Positions 9,438 through 19,026 of a DNA stretch of 64,000 nucleotides are shown piece after piece. Each line of letters starts with the position of its first letter. The stretch's first letter is position 1. The translations under genes and the position numbers were made by a program. The notes beneath the pieces are model-generated. The model made no database searches. It was given only the letters and a program-made list of their open reading frames with translations, and was not told where the DNA came from. The stretch is from a virus (taxonomy: Duplodnaviria; Caudoviricetes): positions 15,611 to 79,610 of IMG/VR virus record IMGVR_UViG_2936072512_000001; one strand, 5' to 3'.

Positions 9438-10238
9438 ATGACGTTGCAACTGTCCCATCTGGCCAGCGGCGACATGCTGCGCAAGCTCGACTCGGCAACG
9501 AAGTACCCGTCCATCCCGACCTACCACACGATCGACGAGCACCCGCGCGGCAAGGGCCGTCTCCTCGAGGACAACCCGATCTCCTTCACCGGCACCGCCT
9601 ACGCCTACGAGAAGGTCGACGGCTCCAACGCCCGCATCATCGTCCTGCCGCACTCGGCTGGCTGGCTGATCGGCTCACGCGACGAGCTCCTCGCCGTGCA
9701 GGGCGACCTGCTGCACAACCCGTCGCTGCGGATCGTCGAGGCCCTGGAGAGCCTGGCCAAGGAGCTGACGAACCCGCTGGGCTACGCGATCATGACTGCC
9801 TACCTGGAGGTGTACGGCGACCGCCGCACCCCGGCCTGGCAGAGCTACGGCGACGGCAAGCAGGTGTCGGCCCGCCTGTTCGACGTCAGCCTCGTCCCGG
9901 TCAGGGTGCTCGACCGGGACCTGGACCGGATCGCCTCCTGGCGCGACCACGGCGGCCAGGAATGGCTCAACGTGGACGACCTGGCTTCCTACGCCCTCCA
10001 GCACAGCGTGTCGCAGGTGCCGTACCTGTTCGAGACGCCCGGCGCGTCCCTGCCGCGCAGCATCGACGACGCCCTGGCGCTGCTGCAGCCGTACGCCACC
10101 ACGCAGGCGGGCATCGCCGGCGAGCCGGGCGCGGCCGAGGGCATCGTGCTGTCGTCGGCGGACCGCCGTACCAAGGCGAAGCTGCGGTTCAAGGACTACA
10201 ACCGCACCCTGCGGCTGCGTGCGGAGGCCCAGGCGTGA
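9438..10238 (+). CDS. RNA ligase (Rnl2-like nucleotidyltransferase)
   Basis: Motif I YEKVDGSN, III YLEVYG, IIIa RLFDV, IV EGIVL, V KAKLR. Confidence 0.8.
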   Translation: MTLQLSHLASGDMLRKLDSATKYPSIPTYHTIDEHPRGKGRLLEDNPISFTGTAYAYEKVDGSNARIIVLPHSAGWLIGSRDELLAVQGDLLHNPSLRIVEALESLAKELTNPLGYAIMTAYLEVYGDRRTPAWQSYGDGKQVSARLFDVSLVPVRVLDRDLDRIASWRDHGGQEWLNVDDLASYALQHSVSQVPYLFETPGASLPRSIDDALALLQPYATTQAGIAGEPGAAEGIVLSSADRRTKAKLRFKDYNRTLRLRAEAQA

Positions 10239-10636
10239 CCGACGACAGCGCGCCCACCTGGGCCGTCCGCGCCAACGCCGTGGCGCACCTGGGCCGCGTC
10301 GGCTGGATCCAGCGCCGCTACGCCGCCACCCGCAACGACGGCGGGGCCTGCTGCCTGGTCGAGTCGATCGGCCGGGGCGCCGGCCTGCCGCCGCTCGCCC
10401 TGACCGGCGACCGGCCCAAGCAGCACATCCGCGACACCTACCCCGAGCAGCTGCGCGCCGCCGAAGCCACCATCGGCGTGGTGGCCGCGGAGCTGGGGCG
10501 GCCGAAGAGCACGTCGATCTCGGCGCAGGACTGGCTGGCGAACTGGAACGACCACAAGGAGCGCACGTTCCCGCAGGTGGTCGAAGCGCTCATGGGTGAC
10601 CACATCCTCGAAATCCTCGCCGGAGCACACGCGTGA
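10235..10636 (+). CDS. Phage hypothetical protein (GWxQ...C / WND pattern)
   Basis: GTG at 10235; GWIQRRY..CCLVESI..WLANWNDHKERT. Confidence 0.65.
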   Translation: MTDDSAPTWAVRANAVAHLGRVGWIQRRYAATRNDGGACCLVESIGRGAGLPPLALTGDRPKQHIRDTYPEQLRAAEATIGVVAAELGRPKSTSISAQDWLANWNDHKERTFPQVVEALMGDHILEILAGAHA

Positions 10637-10905
10637 TCGCGGCGGCGTGGGCGGCCATCGGGTCGGTGATCGCGATCATCGCGAGCATCCTCGGATGGCT
10701 GACGCTGGCCTGGCTGGTGATCGGCTTCACCTACGCCTGGTGGCGGCAGCACCGCTCCAGGCGGGTCGCCCGCGCCGCCGCACGGCAGGCCGCCAAGGCC
10801 CGGCACCCCTCCTCCCTCGCCCAGCAGCCTCGACAGCCAGACCCGGTGTTCGACGCGCTGCTCGACGACCACCCCGAACTCCACGACCTGAAGGACAGAA
10901 AGTGA
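10633..10905 (+). CDS. Small membrane protein
   Basis: Hydrophobic N-terminus; coupled. Confidence 0.6.
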   Translation: MIAAAWAAIGSVIAIIASILGWLTLAWLVIGFTYAWWRQHRSRRVARAAARQAAKARHPSSLAQQPRQPDPVFDALLDDHPELHDLKDRK

Positions 10906-11414
10906 CAGAGCCGGAGATCACCATCACGGTGTACGGCAAGCCAGCGCCGCAGGGGTCGAAGCGGCACGTCGGCAATGGCCGCATGATCGAGCAGGTCAAG
11001 GGCGTCAAGCCGTGGCGTGCCAGCGTGGTCCGCGACGCCACCGCGCAGCTGCGGGCGCTCAGCGTCCAGCGCTACGGCGGCGTCGGCCAGGTGTCGATGC
11101 TGCGCCTGGACGGCCAGCTGGAGGCGTCGATGGCGTTCACCATGCGCGCCAAGCCGACGTCGAAGCCGTCCTGGTGGCCGCCGTCCGAGCCGTGGTCGAG
11201 GCACCTGTGGTGGTACCCGGCCAGCCGCCCCGACCTGTCCAAGCTGGTGCGCTCCACAGAGGACGCACTGACCGACGCCGGAGTTTGGGCCGACGACGGG
11301 CGCGTGGTCCGCTACCGCGACGTGGTCGAGATGTACGTCGGCGACCCGCGCGAACCCCACGCGCTCGACCAGCCCGGCGCCGTCATCCGCATCTGGAAGG
11401 TGGCAGCGCCGTGA
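10902..11414 (+). CDS. rusA: RusA-family Holliday junction resolvase
   Basis: GKPAPQGSK and RPDLSKLVRSTEDALTDAGVWADDGRV catalytic Asp pattern. Confidence 0.88.
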   Translation: MTEPEITITVYGKPAPQGSKRHVGNGRMIEQVKGVKPWRASVVRDATAQLRALSVQRYGGVGQVSMLRLDGQLEASMAFTMRAKPTSKPSWWPPSEPWSRHLWWYPASRPDLSKLVRSTEDALTDAGVWADDGRVVRYRDVVEMYVGDPREPHALDQPGAVIRIWKVAAP

Positions 11415-11587
11415 CCGGCCCGCGGCTGGTCGGCGCTGCCCTGATCGCGCTGGTGTTCCTCGTCCTGTTCGGGCTGTCGGTGTGGACCATCGGATGGAAG
11501 CACTCGGCGGGCATCTTCGGCGCGGCCCTGGCGCTCATCGTCGTCCTCATGGCCGGGGCGTTCCTCCTGTCCGGAGGTGCCGGATGA
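11411..11587 (+). CDS. Small two-TM protein
   Basis: GTGA/ATGA coupling; hydrophobic. Confidence 0.6.
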   Translation: MTGPRLVGAALIALVFLVLFGLSVWTIGWKHSAGIFGAALALIVVLMAGAFLLSGGAG

Positions 11588-11997
11588 CGCCCGTCGAAGC
11601 CTCGTGGGTGCGTAAGCACGCGTGGACGCAGGCGATGCGCAGGTGCTGGAAGGACACCCCGGCCTACTACTCCAGCTGCTCCTGCCAGTACGGCGAGTGC
11701 GTCAGCTGCCGCGACGGAAAACACCGGCACTGCAGCCGCGGCTACGCGCTGCGCCGCACCGAAACCATGATCACCGACAGGCGGGGGCGTGCCCTCTACC
11801 TGCCGGACTACTACACGCACCCGAGCAACGTGTCCGCGACCGGCCCGGCCCGCACCAACGTGGCGCAGGTGTGGCTCGCCGACCGCACCTGCCGGTGGCT
11901 GTGCCCCTGCCCCTGCCGCAGCATCGGCGAACCCGTCTACACCCCGAGCGGCTCCCTGCAGGGCCACCAAGCATCCCTGTTCGCCGCACCCGCCTGA
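11584..11997 (+). CDS. Cys-rich phage protein
   Basis: CSCQYGECVSC..H..C and CRWLCPCPC clusters. Confidence 0.7.
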   Translation: MTPVEASWVRKHAWTQAMRRCWKDTPAYYSSCSCQYGECVSCRDGKHRHCSRGYALRRTETMITDRRGRALYLPDYYTHPSNVSATGPARTNVAQVWLADRTCRWLCPCPCRSIGEPVYTPSGSLQGHQASLFAAPA

Positions 11998-12009
11998 CCG
12001 ACTGACCTT

Positions 12010-12228
12010 TTGGAAGGAACCCCTCTGTTGATCACTCCCGATGATGTTCGCACCGTTGCACGCAAGCGCAAGGTCGGCCGCCCGAAGTACGGCAAGCGGA
12101 CCGTGATCTGGTCCGAAGACGGAACCCGGGTGATCGCCGTCGTCGAAGGAGACCACCACGACGACCCGGACACCATCGCCGCGGCCCGCGCCCTCGCCTA
12201 CGGCGGCACGCCGGCGAGCGGGCAGTGA
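12010..12228 (+). CDS. Hypothetical protein (start uncertain)
   Basis: RBS-like GGAAGG; coupled to the next gene. Confidence 0.5.
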   Translation: MEGTPLLITPDDVRTVARKRKVGRPKYGKRTVIWSEDGTRVIAVVEGDHHDDPDTIAAARALAYGGTPASGQ

Positions 12229-12746
12229 TGGTCTCGAACCTGGCGGGCCCGTGCGCCTCCTGCGGATGGGAGCGCAAGCTGTACCAGCGGAACCTGTGCT
12301 CACCCTGCCGCGCCTACCACCGGGCCAACGCGTCGCTGCACCACTACCCGCCGCGGGTCGCCGCCCGGCACGTGTCGGCGCACGTCGCCGTCCAGGCGCG
12401 CACGTCGGACCCTGCGCTGACCGCGCTCCAGGTCGTGTCCTCGGAGCTGGCCACCGCCCGCCACACCCCGGCCAGCGTGCTGGCCGCCCTGCACGAGGCC
12501 GGCTTCACCTTGACGGCGCCCGCGACCGACTACACCGGATGGCTGCCCCGCACCCCGGAAGGGCATCGGGCCGTCAACGCCTACGTGGAGCTTGTCCGCA
12601 AGGACGTGCCGCTGGACGCGATCGAGGCGTGCACCGGCAAGGGCGTGCGCACCCTGCAGCGCTACCACAGCGCCGCGCTCGTCCTCGGCCTCCTGCCGCC
12701 CACCCAGCAGCTGCAGCACAGCATGAGCGGGGCGAGCCCGTCATGA
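12225..12746 (+). CDS. Zn-finger + HTH-like hypothetical protein
   Basis: CxxC...CxxC at the N-terminus; GKGVRTLQRY HTH-like end. Confidence 0.6.
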   Translation: MMVSNLAGPCASCGWERKLYQRNLCSPCRAYHRANASLHHYPPRVAARHVSAHVAVQARTSDPALTALQVVSSELATARHTPASVLAALHEAGFTLTAPATDYTGWLPRTPEGHRAVNAYVELVRKDVPLDAIEACTGKGVRTLQRYHSAALVLGLLPPTQQLQHSMSGASPS

Positions 12747-13063
12747 GGATCGCCTCGTGGCGGCTGCGCGCCGCCTGCCGTGGCCAGCCGCTGGAGCTGT
12801 TCTACGGCCCGCCCCGCGACGACGACGACACCGGCCGAGGGCCGCGCGAGACCCCCAGCCAGAAGGCGAAGCGTGAGGCCCGCGCCAAACGGTTCTGCGA
12901 CCAGTGCGAGGTCCTCGACGAGTGCTTGACCGCACAGCTGGCGCTCGGGCGCGGCCAGCAGTACGGCTACGCCGCCGGAATGAACGAGGACGAGCGCGTC
13001 GCCTACCGCCGCCGCATGATGCGCACCGCCAAGCGGCGCGCCGAGGCGCGGGAGGGGGCGTGA
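12743..13063 (+). CDS. WhiB-family Fe-S transcription factor
   Basis: W..RAACRG..ELFY, AKRFCDQCEVLDEC, GYAAGMNEDER. Confidence 0.88.
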   Translation: MRIASWRLRAACRGQPLELFYGPPRDDDDTGRGPRETPSQKAKREARAKRFCDQCEVLDECLTAQLALGRGQQYGYAAGMNEDERVAYRRRMMRTAKRRAEAREGA

Positions 13064-13362
13064 GCTACCTCGACGAGCAGCAGCGGCCCCACTTCGACGA
13101 CGCGGTGCGGGCGCTGGCGCACCGCGTCCACGAGCGCGACAAGCAGCCGCCCGAGGACCGCGCCGACCCGAACGCGTGGGCGATCGAGTTCATGACGTCG
13201 CTCCTCGGCCACCACTGGCGCCGGACCGTCCCCGACAAGCCGGCCCCGGCCCGCCGAACGGCTCCGCCCGACTACAGCCGGGCCCAGCAGCTCCGCCAGG
13301 AGGCGGAGCAGATCCGCGACCGCAACAAGCAGCGATGGGAGCAAGAGCATGGCTCGACCTGA
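13060..13362 (+). CDS. Hypothetical protein
   Basis: GTG at 13060 with RBS, coupled. Confidence 0.6.
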   Translation: MSYLDEQQRPHFDDAVRALAHRVHERDKQPPEDRADPNAWAIEFMTSLLGHHWRRTVPDKPAPARRTAPPDYSRAQQLRQEAEQIRDRNKQRWEQEHGST

Positions 13363-13762
13363 CGTGCAGATCCCCTGGGTGGAGGGCAGCATCCCGCGCG
13401 ACGTGCGGCTGCTGCCCGATGAGGTGAAGCCGCTCGTCCGCTACGAGAAGGCCGAACCGTTCGAGCGGCGGCTACGCCTGGGCGACCCGACCAAGGGCCG
13501 CGTCGAGCCGGTGCACGTCCTCTACGACGGCGACGGCAACACCTTCCACATGGGGGTGTCGGAGCTGGTCTACACCGTCCAACGCCAGCCGCTCATCGAG
13601 CTCGGCTGGATGGACGGCCCCTGGATCGGCGTGTCCAGCCCGGTCGTCACCAAGCACGAGAAGCACGAGTTGTACGGCATCCAGTACTACGACCGCAAGC
13701 GGGCCCTGCAGTACACGCAGATGGACCTGCGCCTGTTCCAGCGGATGGGGCAGCTGTCGTGA
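13349..13762 (+). CDS. Hypothetical protein
   Basis: Codon bias, operon position. Confidence 0.65.
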   Translation: MARPDVQIPWVEGSIPRDVRLLPDEVKPLVRYEKAEPFERRLRLGDPTKGRVEPVHVLYDGDGNTFHMGVSELVYTVQRQPLIELGWMDGPWIGVSSPVVTKHEKHELYGIQYYDRKRALQYTQMDLRLFQRMGQLS

Positions 13763-14280
13763 CCAGCGGCATCGACGGCCCCGAGCTCAGGGACGACATG
13801 GCTCCGGCGCAGCTGCGCGCCCTGCACGACGGCACCCTCGCCCGGCTGCGCGACCTGGCCCCCAGCCTGGCCGCCGAGATCGACAGCCTGCACACCGAGC
13901 TGCGGGCGCTGCGTCGCGTCTTCGACTTCTACGAGAACTCCGGCCACATCGAGACCCGCGTGCTCGGCGCGGACGGCACGCCTGGCGAGCCGTCGCACCC
14001 GGACTTCTGCCCCGGCTGCATGGCCGAGCGGCTCGAGGTCGCCGAGGCCGAGGTGACCGCCGTCGCCGCGCAGCTGACCGGCCGGTGGGCGGAGTGGCTG
14101 CAGCAGGTCGGCTTCCCTCTCGATCACGCCTACGGCGCGGGCGCGCTTCCGCCGTACGACCTGGCCGCGCTCGCCAAGGCGTGGCACACCAACGACGACG
14201 CGGCCCTGTCGGAGCAGGAATGGGCCGAGCTGCTCCGCGTCGAGATCCACGGCCCCGGGCGGGAGGAGCGCGATGTCTAA
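13759..14280 (+). CDS. Hypothetical protein
   Basis: GTGA-coupled. Confidence 0.65.
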   Translation: MTSGIDGPELRDDMAPAQLRALHDGTLARLRDLAPSLAAEIDSLHTELRALRRVFDFYENSGHIETRVLGADGTPGEPSHPDFCPGCMAERLEVAEAEVTAVAAQLTGRWAEWLQQVGFPLDHAYGAGALPPYDLAALAKAWHTNDDAALSEQEWAELLRVEIHGPGREERDV

Positions 14281-14488
14281 ATCGCTGCGCCTGCTCGGCG
14301 AGCTCGACTCCGGCCTGGTGCTGCTGGCCGGGCTCGTGTTCTTCCAGATCTCCCAGGTCGCCGACTCGTTCGTCGACCCCGAGACGCCGTTCGCGTGGAA
14401 CGCGCTGTTCGTCGGCGTGCTCGCGTTCGGCTGGCTGCTGACCCTCCTCACCCTCAACGCAGAACGCAAGGAGCACCCCGATGCCTGA
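14273..14488 (+). CDS. Small membrane protein
   Basis: GGAGG RBS; two TM segments. Confidence 0.6.
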   Translation: MSKSLRLLGELDSGLVLLAGLVFFQISQVADSFVDPETPFAWNALFVGVLAFGWLLTLLTLNAERKEHPDA

Positions 14489-14828
14489 CTACGAGGCGCC
14501 GTTCGACGCTGGCGGCAACCTGATGCACTACGCGAGGAAGCCCTACCACGGCCAGGCCGCCTACTACCAGGCGCACGAGTGGCGGCCCAACGAGCCGTTC
14601 GTGGCCACCCTCACGATGGCCTCGACCAGGCGGGGACGCTCGGCCGCCTACTTCATCTGGGCGGACGCCGAAGGGCGCACCTACCCGATGTTCATGACCG
14701 ACGTCGCCGACCTGGTCCGCGACGCCGTCATCAACCAGGGCACCGTCACCGGCCAGTGGACGGTCCGCAAGCGCGGCGAAAACTTCGGGATCCGCTTCCA
14801 CGGGCCCGCCGAGGCGGTGACCGCGTGA
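14481..14828 (+). CDS. Phage hypothetical protein
   Basis: RGRSAAYFIW..YPMFMTD..KRGENFGI; resembles 13349-13762 in part. Confidence 0.7.
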   Translation: MPDYEAPFDAGGNLMHYARKPYHGQAAYYQAHEWRPNEPFVATLTMASTRRGRSAAYFIWADAEGRTYPMFMTDVADLVRDAVINQGTVTGQWTVRKRGENFGIRFHGPAEAVTA

Positions 14829-15226
14829 GCGAGCAGATGACCCTCACCGACTGGCGCGGCAACCCGTACACGGTCGGCACCACGGTGCTCTACCCGCGCA
14901 TGTCCGGCCGCAGCTGCGAGATCTGCGAGGGCGTCGTCGTCGACATCTGGGAAGCCGTCTACGACCGCAAGCTCTACAAGTGGGTCCGCGCCAATCCCGA
15001 CAAGCTCGCGCACCAGGCCGTCACCGGCCGGGACCGCGAGATGCGAGTGAAGATCCAGCCCAACGGGCGCGGCAGCCGCGACTTCTACCGCAGCGACTCC
15101 CGCGCCGCCCGTGACGAGAACGGCGACTACGTCTACGACGACGACGGCCACATGGTCTTCGAGAAGGTCGACCTCAAGCCCGTCACCCTCACGATCATCG
15201 AGAACGTCACGGTGCTGACGTCATGA
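14825..15226 (+). CDS. Phage hypothetical protein
   Basis: GTG at 14825, coupled. Confidence 0.7.
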   Translation: MSEQMTLTDWRGNPYTVGTTVLYPRMSGRSCEICEGVVVDIWEAVYDRKLYKWVRANPDKLAHQAVTGRDREMRVKIQPNGRGSRDFYRSDSRAARDENGDYVYDDDGHMVFEKVDLKPVTLTIIENVTVLTS

Positions 15227-15414
15227 ACGCCTCAGCCAACTGCCAGCTGGGCGAACCGTCCGACCTGCCCAACCCGGCCGGTGGCGGCGTCGCCGGGATC
15301 GCGTGCGCGTGCGGCTGGTCGATGGTCGCCCCTTATGTCCGCGAGACCGGCCGGCCCGTGGCCGCCCGCCTCGTCCGCGCCCACGGCGAGCGCCACCTGC
15401 GAGGAGAAGAATGA
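15223..15414 (+). CDS. Small CxC..H protein
   Basis: ATGA-coupled at both ends. Confidence 0.5.
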   Translation: MNASANCQLGEPSDLPNPAGGGVAGIACACGWSMVAPYVRETGRPVAARLVRAHGERHLRGEE

Positions 15415-16193
15415 CCACCCCGCACGCCCGAGCCCTGCAGCTCCTCACCGAAACCGGGCTCGTCTTCCCCGTCCGCGACCTCGTGCGCGGCCCAGAGTCA
15501 CGCTCGCGCACGAACGCCGAAGCCGCGCAGCGCGCCCTCGACGTGCTCGACGAGCACGACCTGCTCGTGGTCCCCGCAGCCGAGCACTGCATCACCTCGA
15601 AGGCGTGCCGACAGGCCAGCGTCGACCGCGACCGCGCCGACACCGAGCTGACCGCTGTACGGCGACAGCTGACCGCCGCCCGGATGGAACGCGACGCGCT
15701 GATCGCGGAAGCCAGGCTGACGCGCGGCCAGGCTGCGCAGGAACAGCTGGAGAAGACCGCCCGGGATCTGCGCCTGGCGGAGATGCGCGCCACCAACTGG
15801 GAGGCGTACGCGGGCGACGTGGCGCGGCAACTCAACCACAAGGTTCAGGAGGTCACGGCCGAGCGAGACGAGCTGCAGAAGAGGGTGGCCGGCTACGAGA
15901 ACGGCATCTGCTGGGACACCACATGTCTCGGGTGCGCCAAGCTCCTGGACCGCTGCTACGCGGCTGACGCCCGCCGCGACGCGGCCGACAAGAAGATCGC
16001 AGCGGTGCTCGGGTTGCACCGGCAGGGCGAGGTCGAAAAGTGGGTGCCGTGTGAGGAGCACCTCACGTACTTCGCGAAGCAGTCGTACTGCGGCATGTGC
16101 GCCGAGCGGCCGGTGCAGGTCTGCGAGGAGTGCAAGCAGCCGTGGCCGTGCCGTACCGCCCAAGCCCTGCAGGGAGGCTCCGATGGCGTTTAA
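15411..16193 (+). CDS. Coiled-coil / Cys-rich phage protein
   Basis: ATG at 15411; C-terminal CEEC..WPC.TA motif. Confidence 0.7.
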   Translation: MTTPHARALQLLTETGLVFPVRDLVRGPESRSRTNAEAAQRALDVLDEHDLLVVPAAEHCITSKACRQASVDRDRADTELTAVRRQLTAARMERDALIAEARLTRGQAAQEQLEKTARDLRLAEMRATNWEAYAGDVARQLNHKVQEVTAERDELQKRVAGYENGICWDTTCLGCAKLLDRCYAADARRDAADKKIAAVLGLHRQGEVEKWVPCEEHLTYFAKQSYCGMCAERPVQVCEECKQPWPCRTAQALQGGSDGV

Positions 16194-16620
16194 GTCGCCG
16201 TGGCAGCCCGAGCCGAAGGTGCCGGACGGGTTCGTCCTGTTCTACCGCGGCGTCGGCAGGCAGATATTCGTGCGCCGCTGGGCGCCCGGCGACGCCGACC
16301 ACTGCTCGAACGCCGGCCGGAAGGGCGTCATCCCGTGCCTTCCGCCCGCCGTGGTGTCGCTCACGATCCTCTGGCTGGGGTCCCGCGAGCGCGAGCGGCG
16401 CACCGGCACGCTCTGCCTCCTGCACGTTCCTGGCAGCGCAGGCACGACCGTCATCGCCCGCCACGGGATCAAGCACGCCACGGAGCGGCTGATCCGCGAG
16501 CACCGCGCCCGCTTCGACCAGCTGGTGGAGCTGGAGACGCGGGCAATGATCGACCAGGCGATCGGGGCCGCCACCGGCATGCTCGACCAGCTCTTCGCCG
16601 AGGAGGCCGACCGTGTCTGA
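16183..16620 (+). CDS. Hypothetical protein
   Basis: GGAGG RBS, ATG at 16183. Confidence 0.6.
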   Translation: MAFKSPWQPEPKVPDGFVLFYRGVGRQIFVRRWAPGDADHCSNAGRKGVIPCLPPAVVSLTILWLGSRERERRTGTLCLLHVPGSAGTTVIARHGIKHATERLIREHRARFDQLVELETRAMIDQAIGAATGMLDQLFAEEADRV

Positions 16621-16745
16621 CCAGCCAACCGACGAGCAGGAGTGGCCAGACACGGGCGGCTGCACCGAGTGGTCGTGCCTCTACCACGGCGAGATCAACC
16701 GGGCCCGCGCCCAGGCCGAGCGGGCACGCAGGCGGGAGACGTCAG

Positions 16746-17165
16746 GTGAGTGAGCTGCCCACGATCGCCTACACCGGCTCCCGCGACGCCGACCGCGACC
16801 GCGTCCGCGCCGACCTGGCGCTGCTGCACAAGCGGAACGGCGACTTCCACCTCATCGTCGGCTACGACCCCGAGCGCCGACAGCCGCGCGGCGGCGACCG
16901 GCACGCCCACGAGTACGCCGTCGAGCACGGCCTGACCGTCGAGTGCTGGCCAGCCCTGTGGCAGGTGCCCGAGCTGGCCAAGACCGCGGGCCTCTACCGC
17001 AACGGGCTCATGCTCGGCCTGGCCATGGCACGCCAGATCGACGGCGGACGCGTCGGCGTGCTCGCCCACCTGAAGGACGGCTCGACAGGCTCGGCCGGGA
17101 CCGCCGCCTACGCCGCGGCGCTCGGCCTGCCCGTGTGGCGCAGACCAGCAGGCAGGCCCGAGTGA
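16746..17165 (+). CDS. SLOG-superfamily (DUF2493/YspA-like) protein
   Basis: TGSRD...RGGDRHAHEYA...PALW...AGLYRNGLML...GSAGTA pattern. Confidence 0.75.
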   Translation: MSELPTIAYTGSRDADRDRVRADLALLHKRNGDFHLIVGYDPERRQPRGGDRHAHEYAVEHGLTVECWPALWQVPELAKTAGLYRNGLMLGLAMARQIDGGRVGVLAHLKDGSTGSAGTAAYAAALGLPVWRRPAGRPE

Positions 17166-17521
17166 GGCGCAAATCCAGCAGAAGCATCGTCCTGGGCGCC
17201 GCCTTCACCGTCACCGCGGCCGCCATCCTGATCGCCGTGGTCACCTACCCGGACGATCCGGAGGTGGTCGCCGACTGCGTCGAGGCCACACCCCAACCGG
17301 ACGGCAGCCATCTGGTGGTGCCGGACAGCTACTGCGGTTCGAGCTCGACCGTGGTGGTGGTCAACGGCTCCTCCTACCAGTACGTGTACGGCGCAACCAG
17401 CTCAGGCCGTTACGCGCGCGGCGGCACCCTCGTGCGGCCCACAGGCGTGACGATCACCACCAGGTCAGGCACAACCGTTGTCCGAGGCGGCTTCGGAGGA
17501 CGAGGAGGAAGCGGTTCATGA
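17162..17521 (+). CDS. Membrane-anchored protein with Gly-rich tail
   Basis: N-terminal TM, Cys pair, ends RGGFGGRGGSGS. Confidence 0.65.
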   Translation: MRRKSSRSIVLGAAFTVTAAAILIAVVTYPDDPEVVADCVEATPQPDGSHLVVPDSYCGSSSTVVVVNGSSYQYVYGATSSGRYARGGTLVRPTGVTITTRSGTTVVRGGFGGRGGSGS

Positions 17522-18606
17522 GCAAGACCCGAGACGTGACGAAGATGGTCCACGAAGAAGCCAACCGGCTCGCGTTGCGGGTCGAGCGCGTCGACAGCGG
17601 TTGGGCGGTCACCTCCGTCCACCACCCGACCGGCCGCGTCCACGTCGTGCCGTACCGGCTGGGCGGCAGCGAGTTCTACAACCAGCGCGCCCAGATGCGC
17701 CGCCTGGCCAGGGAAGCCGACCAGCACGTGCTGAGCAAGCTGGTGCCGGTGATGGCCGCCGCTGCGGCTGGCCGCGATTCGGTGGAGACGCTCGTCGAGG
17801 GCGCCCGCGCTGACGGCATCCAGGTGTACGTCGCCGGCGGCATGCTCAACGTGGCCGGCCCGCTCGACGTGCTGCCCGGCTGGCGCGACCTGCTGATGGC
17901 GCGCGAGCAGGAGGTCATCAACCACCTCGCCCCGCCCCGGGGCGCAGAGCCCGCCGACCAGTCCGCCGACCAGCCCGACCCCCAGCCTGACCCTGCCCCC
18001 GAGCCAGAAGCCGATCCATCGATAGGAGACGACATCCACGTGCGCGACATCACCGAAGACGCCGAGCTGCTGTACCGCAGGCTCCTGGACGAAGCCAAGA
18101 AGCAGGGCCTCGCACCGCAGAAGCAGTTCGGCGTGCTCGGGCTGGTCTGGAAGGGTGCGCTGAAGCATTTCGTGGCCACCGAAGCCCCCTCCTGGGCCAA
18201 CGATTACATGCGGGAGGTGGCCGAGTACCTGAAGAACACGCGGCACATCCGCAACCTCAGCCATGGCCACCACACCAAGTGGTGGATCGCCCCGGCCTGG
18301 AGCAGCGACCTGATCGTGGTCCGCCCGAAGCCGCCTGCCGATGGGCAGGACACGCAGGAGCAGCTGCCCATCGCGTCGGCGGTCGCCCTCGACAGGGTGA
18401 AGGGGCTCGCCGACCGTCTGGCAACGGCCGAGAAGTCTGCGGCCCGCGCCGAGCGTCTGTCCGCGGCGCTCGTCGCCGAGCGGAAGAAGTCGGCCGAGCT
18501 GGCTGCCGAGCTGCGGGAGACGCGCGGCCTGCTCGATGGGGCGCGGGCTGAGCTCGCCGAGTGGAAGGTCGTCGAGGACGGTCTGAAGAAGCTGGGGCTG
18601 GCGTGA
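17518..18606 (+). CDS. Phage hypothetical protein with C-terminal coiled coil
   Basis: 362-aa ORF, strong RBS, coupled. Confidence 0.75.
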   Translation: MSKTRDVTKMVHEEANRLALRVERVDSGWAVTSVHHPTGRVHVVPYRLGGSEFYNQRAQMRRLAREADQHVLSKLVPVMAAAAAGRDSVETLVEGARADGIQVYVAGGMLNVAGPLDVLPGWRDLLMAREQEVINHLAPPRGAEPADQSADQPDPQPDPAPEPEADPSIGDDIHVRDITEDAELLYRRLLDEAKKQGLAPQKQFGVLGLVWKGALKHFVATEAPSWANDYMREVAEYLKNTRHIRNLSHGHHTKWWIAPAWSSDLIVVRPKPPADGQDTQEQLPIASAVALDRVKGLADRLATAEKSAARAERLSAALVAERKKSAELAAELRETRGLLDGARAELAEWKVVEDGLKKLGLA

Positions 18607-18887
18607 GCGAGGTCCTTGTGCTGCCGCCCGCGAAGGAGCTGGCGCTGTGCCACGTCGACTCCACCGAGGAGTTCGTGCCCGACGTCGAGCCGTGCGGTCG
18701 GGAGTCGGTGATCGTGCTGCTGATGGGGTGTCTGCACGAGCACATCGGCCTCACCCCGGTCTGCCAGTTCCACGTCCAGGCCGCAGCGCTCGGCGAGATG
18801 GTGTGCCCGAACTGCACGTGCCACGTCTGCCCGCTGGTCGCGGTCGCCGAGGTGACCGCGTCGGGGGAGCAGGTGCCGATCAGGTGA
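18603..18887 (+). CDS. Cys-rich small protein
   Basis: GTG at 18603; multiple C/H pairs. Confidence 0.6.
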   Translation: MSEVLVLPPAKELALCHVDSTEEFVPDVEPCGRESVIVLLMGCLHEHIGLTPVCQFHVQAAALGEMVCPNCTCHVCPLVAVAEVTASGEQVPIR

Positions 18888-18919
18888 CCGGCCTGGTACG
18901 GCACCGTTGGCCGATGCGT

Positions 18920-18960
18920 GCCGCCCGTCGCCCTCCGCGTGGTCGGGGGCGGCGGGCGGC
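18920..18960 (+). terminator. GC-rich hairpin after the early operon
   Basis: GCCGCCCGTCGCCC...GGGCGGCGGGCGGC inverted repeat. Confidence 0.5.
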
Positions 18961-19026
18961 GCCGTCTACGGTTTGTGCTGACGCCCTTCCCTCAAGGGCC
19001 GCCAGGAGGATCTTGAGGGGAGTGGT

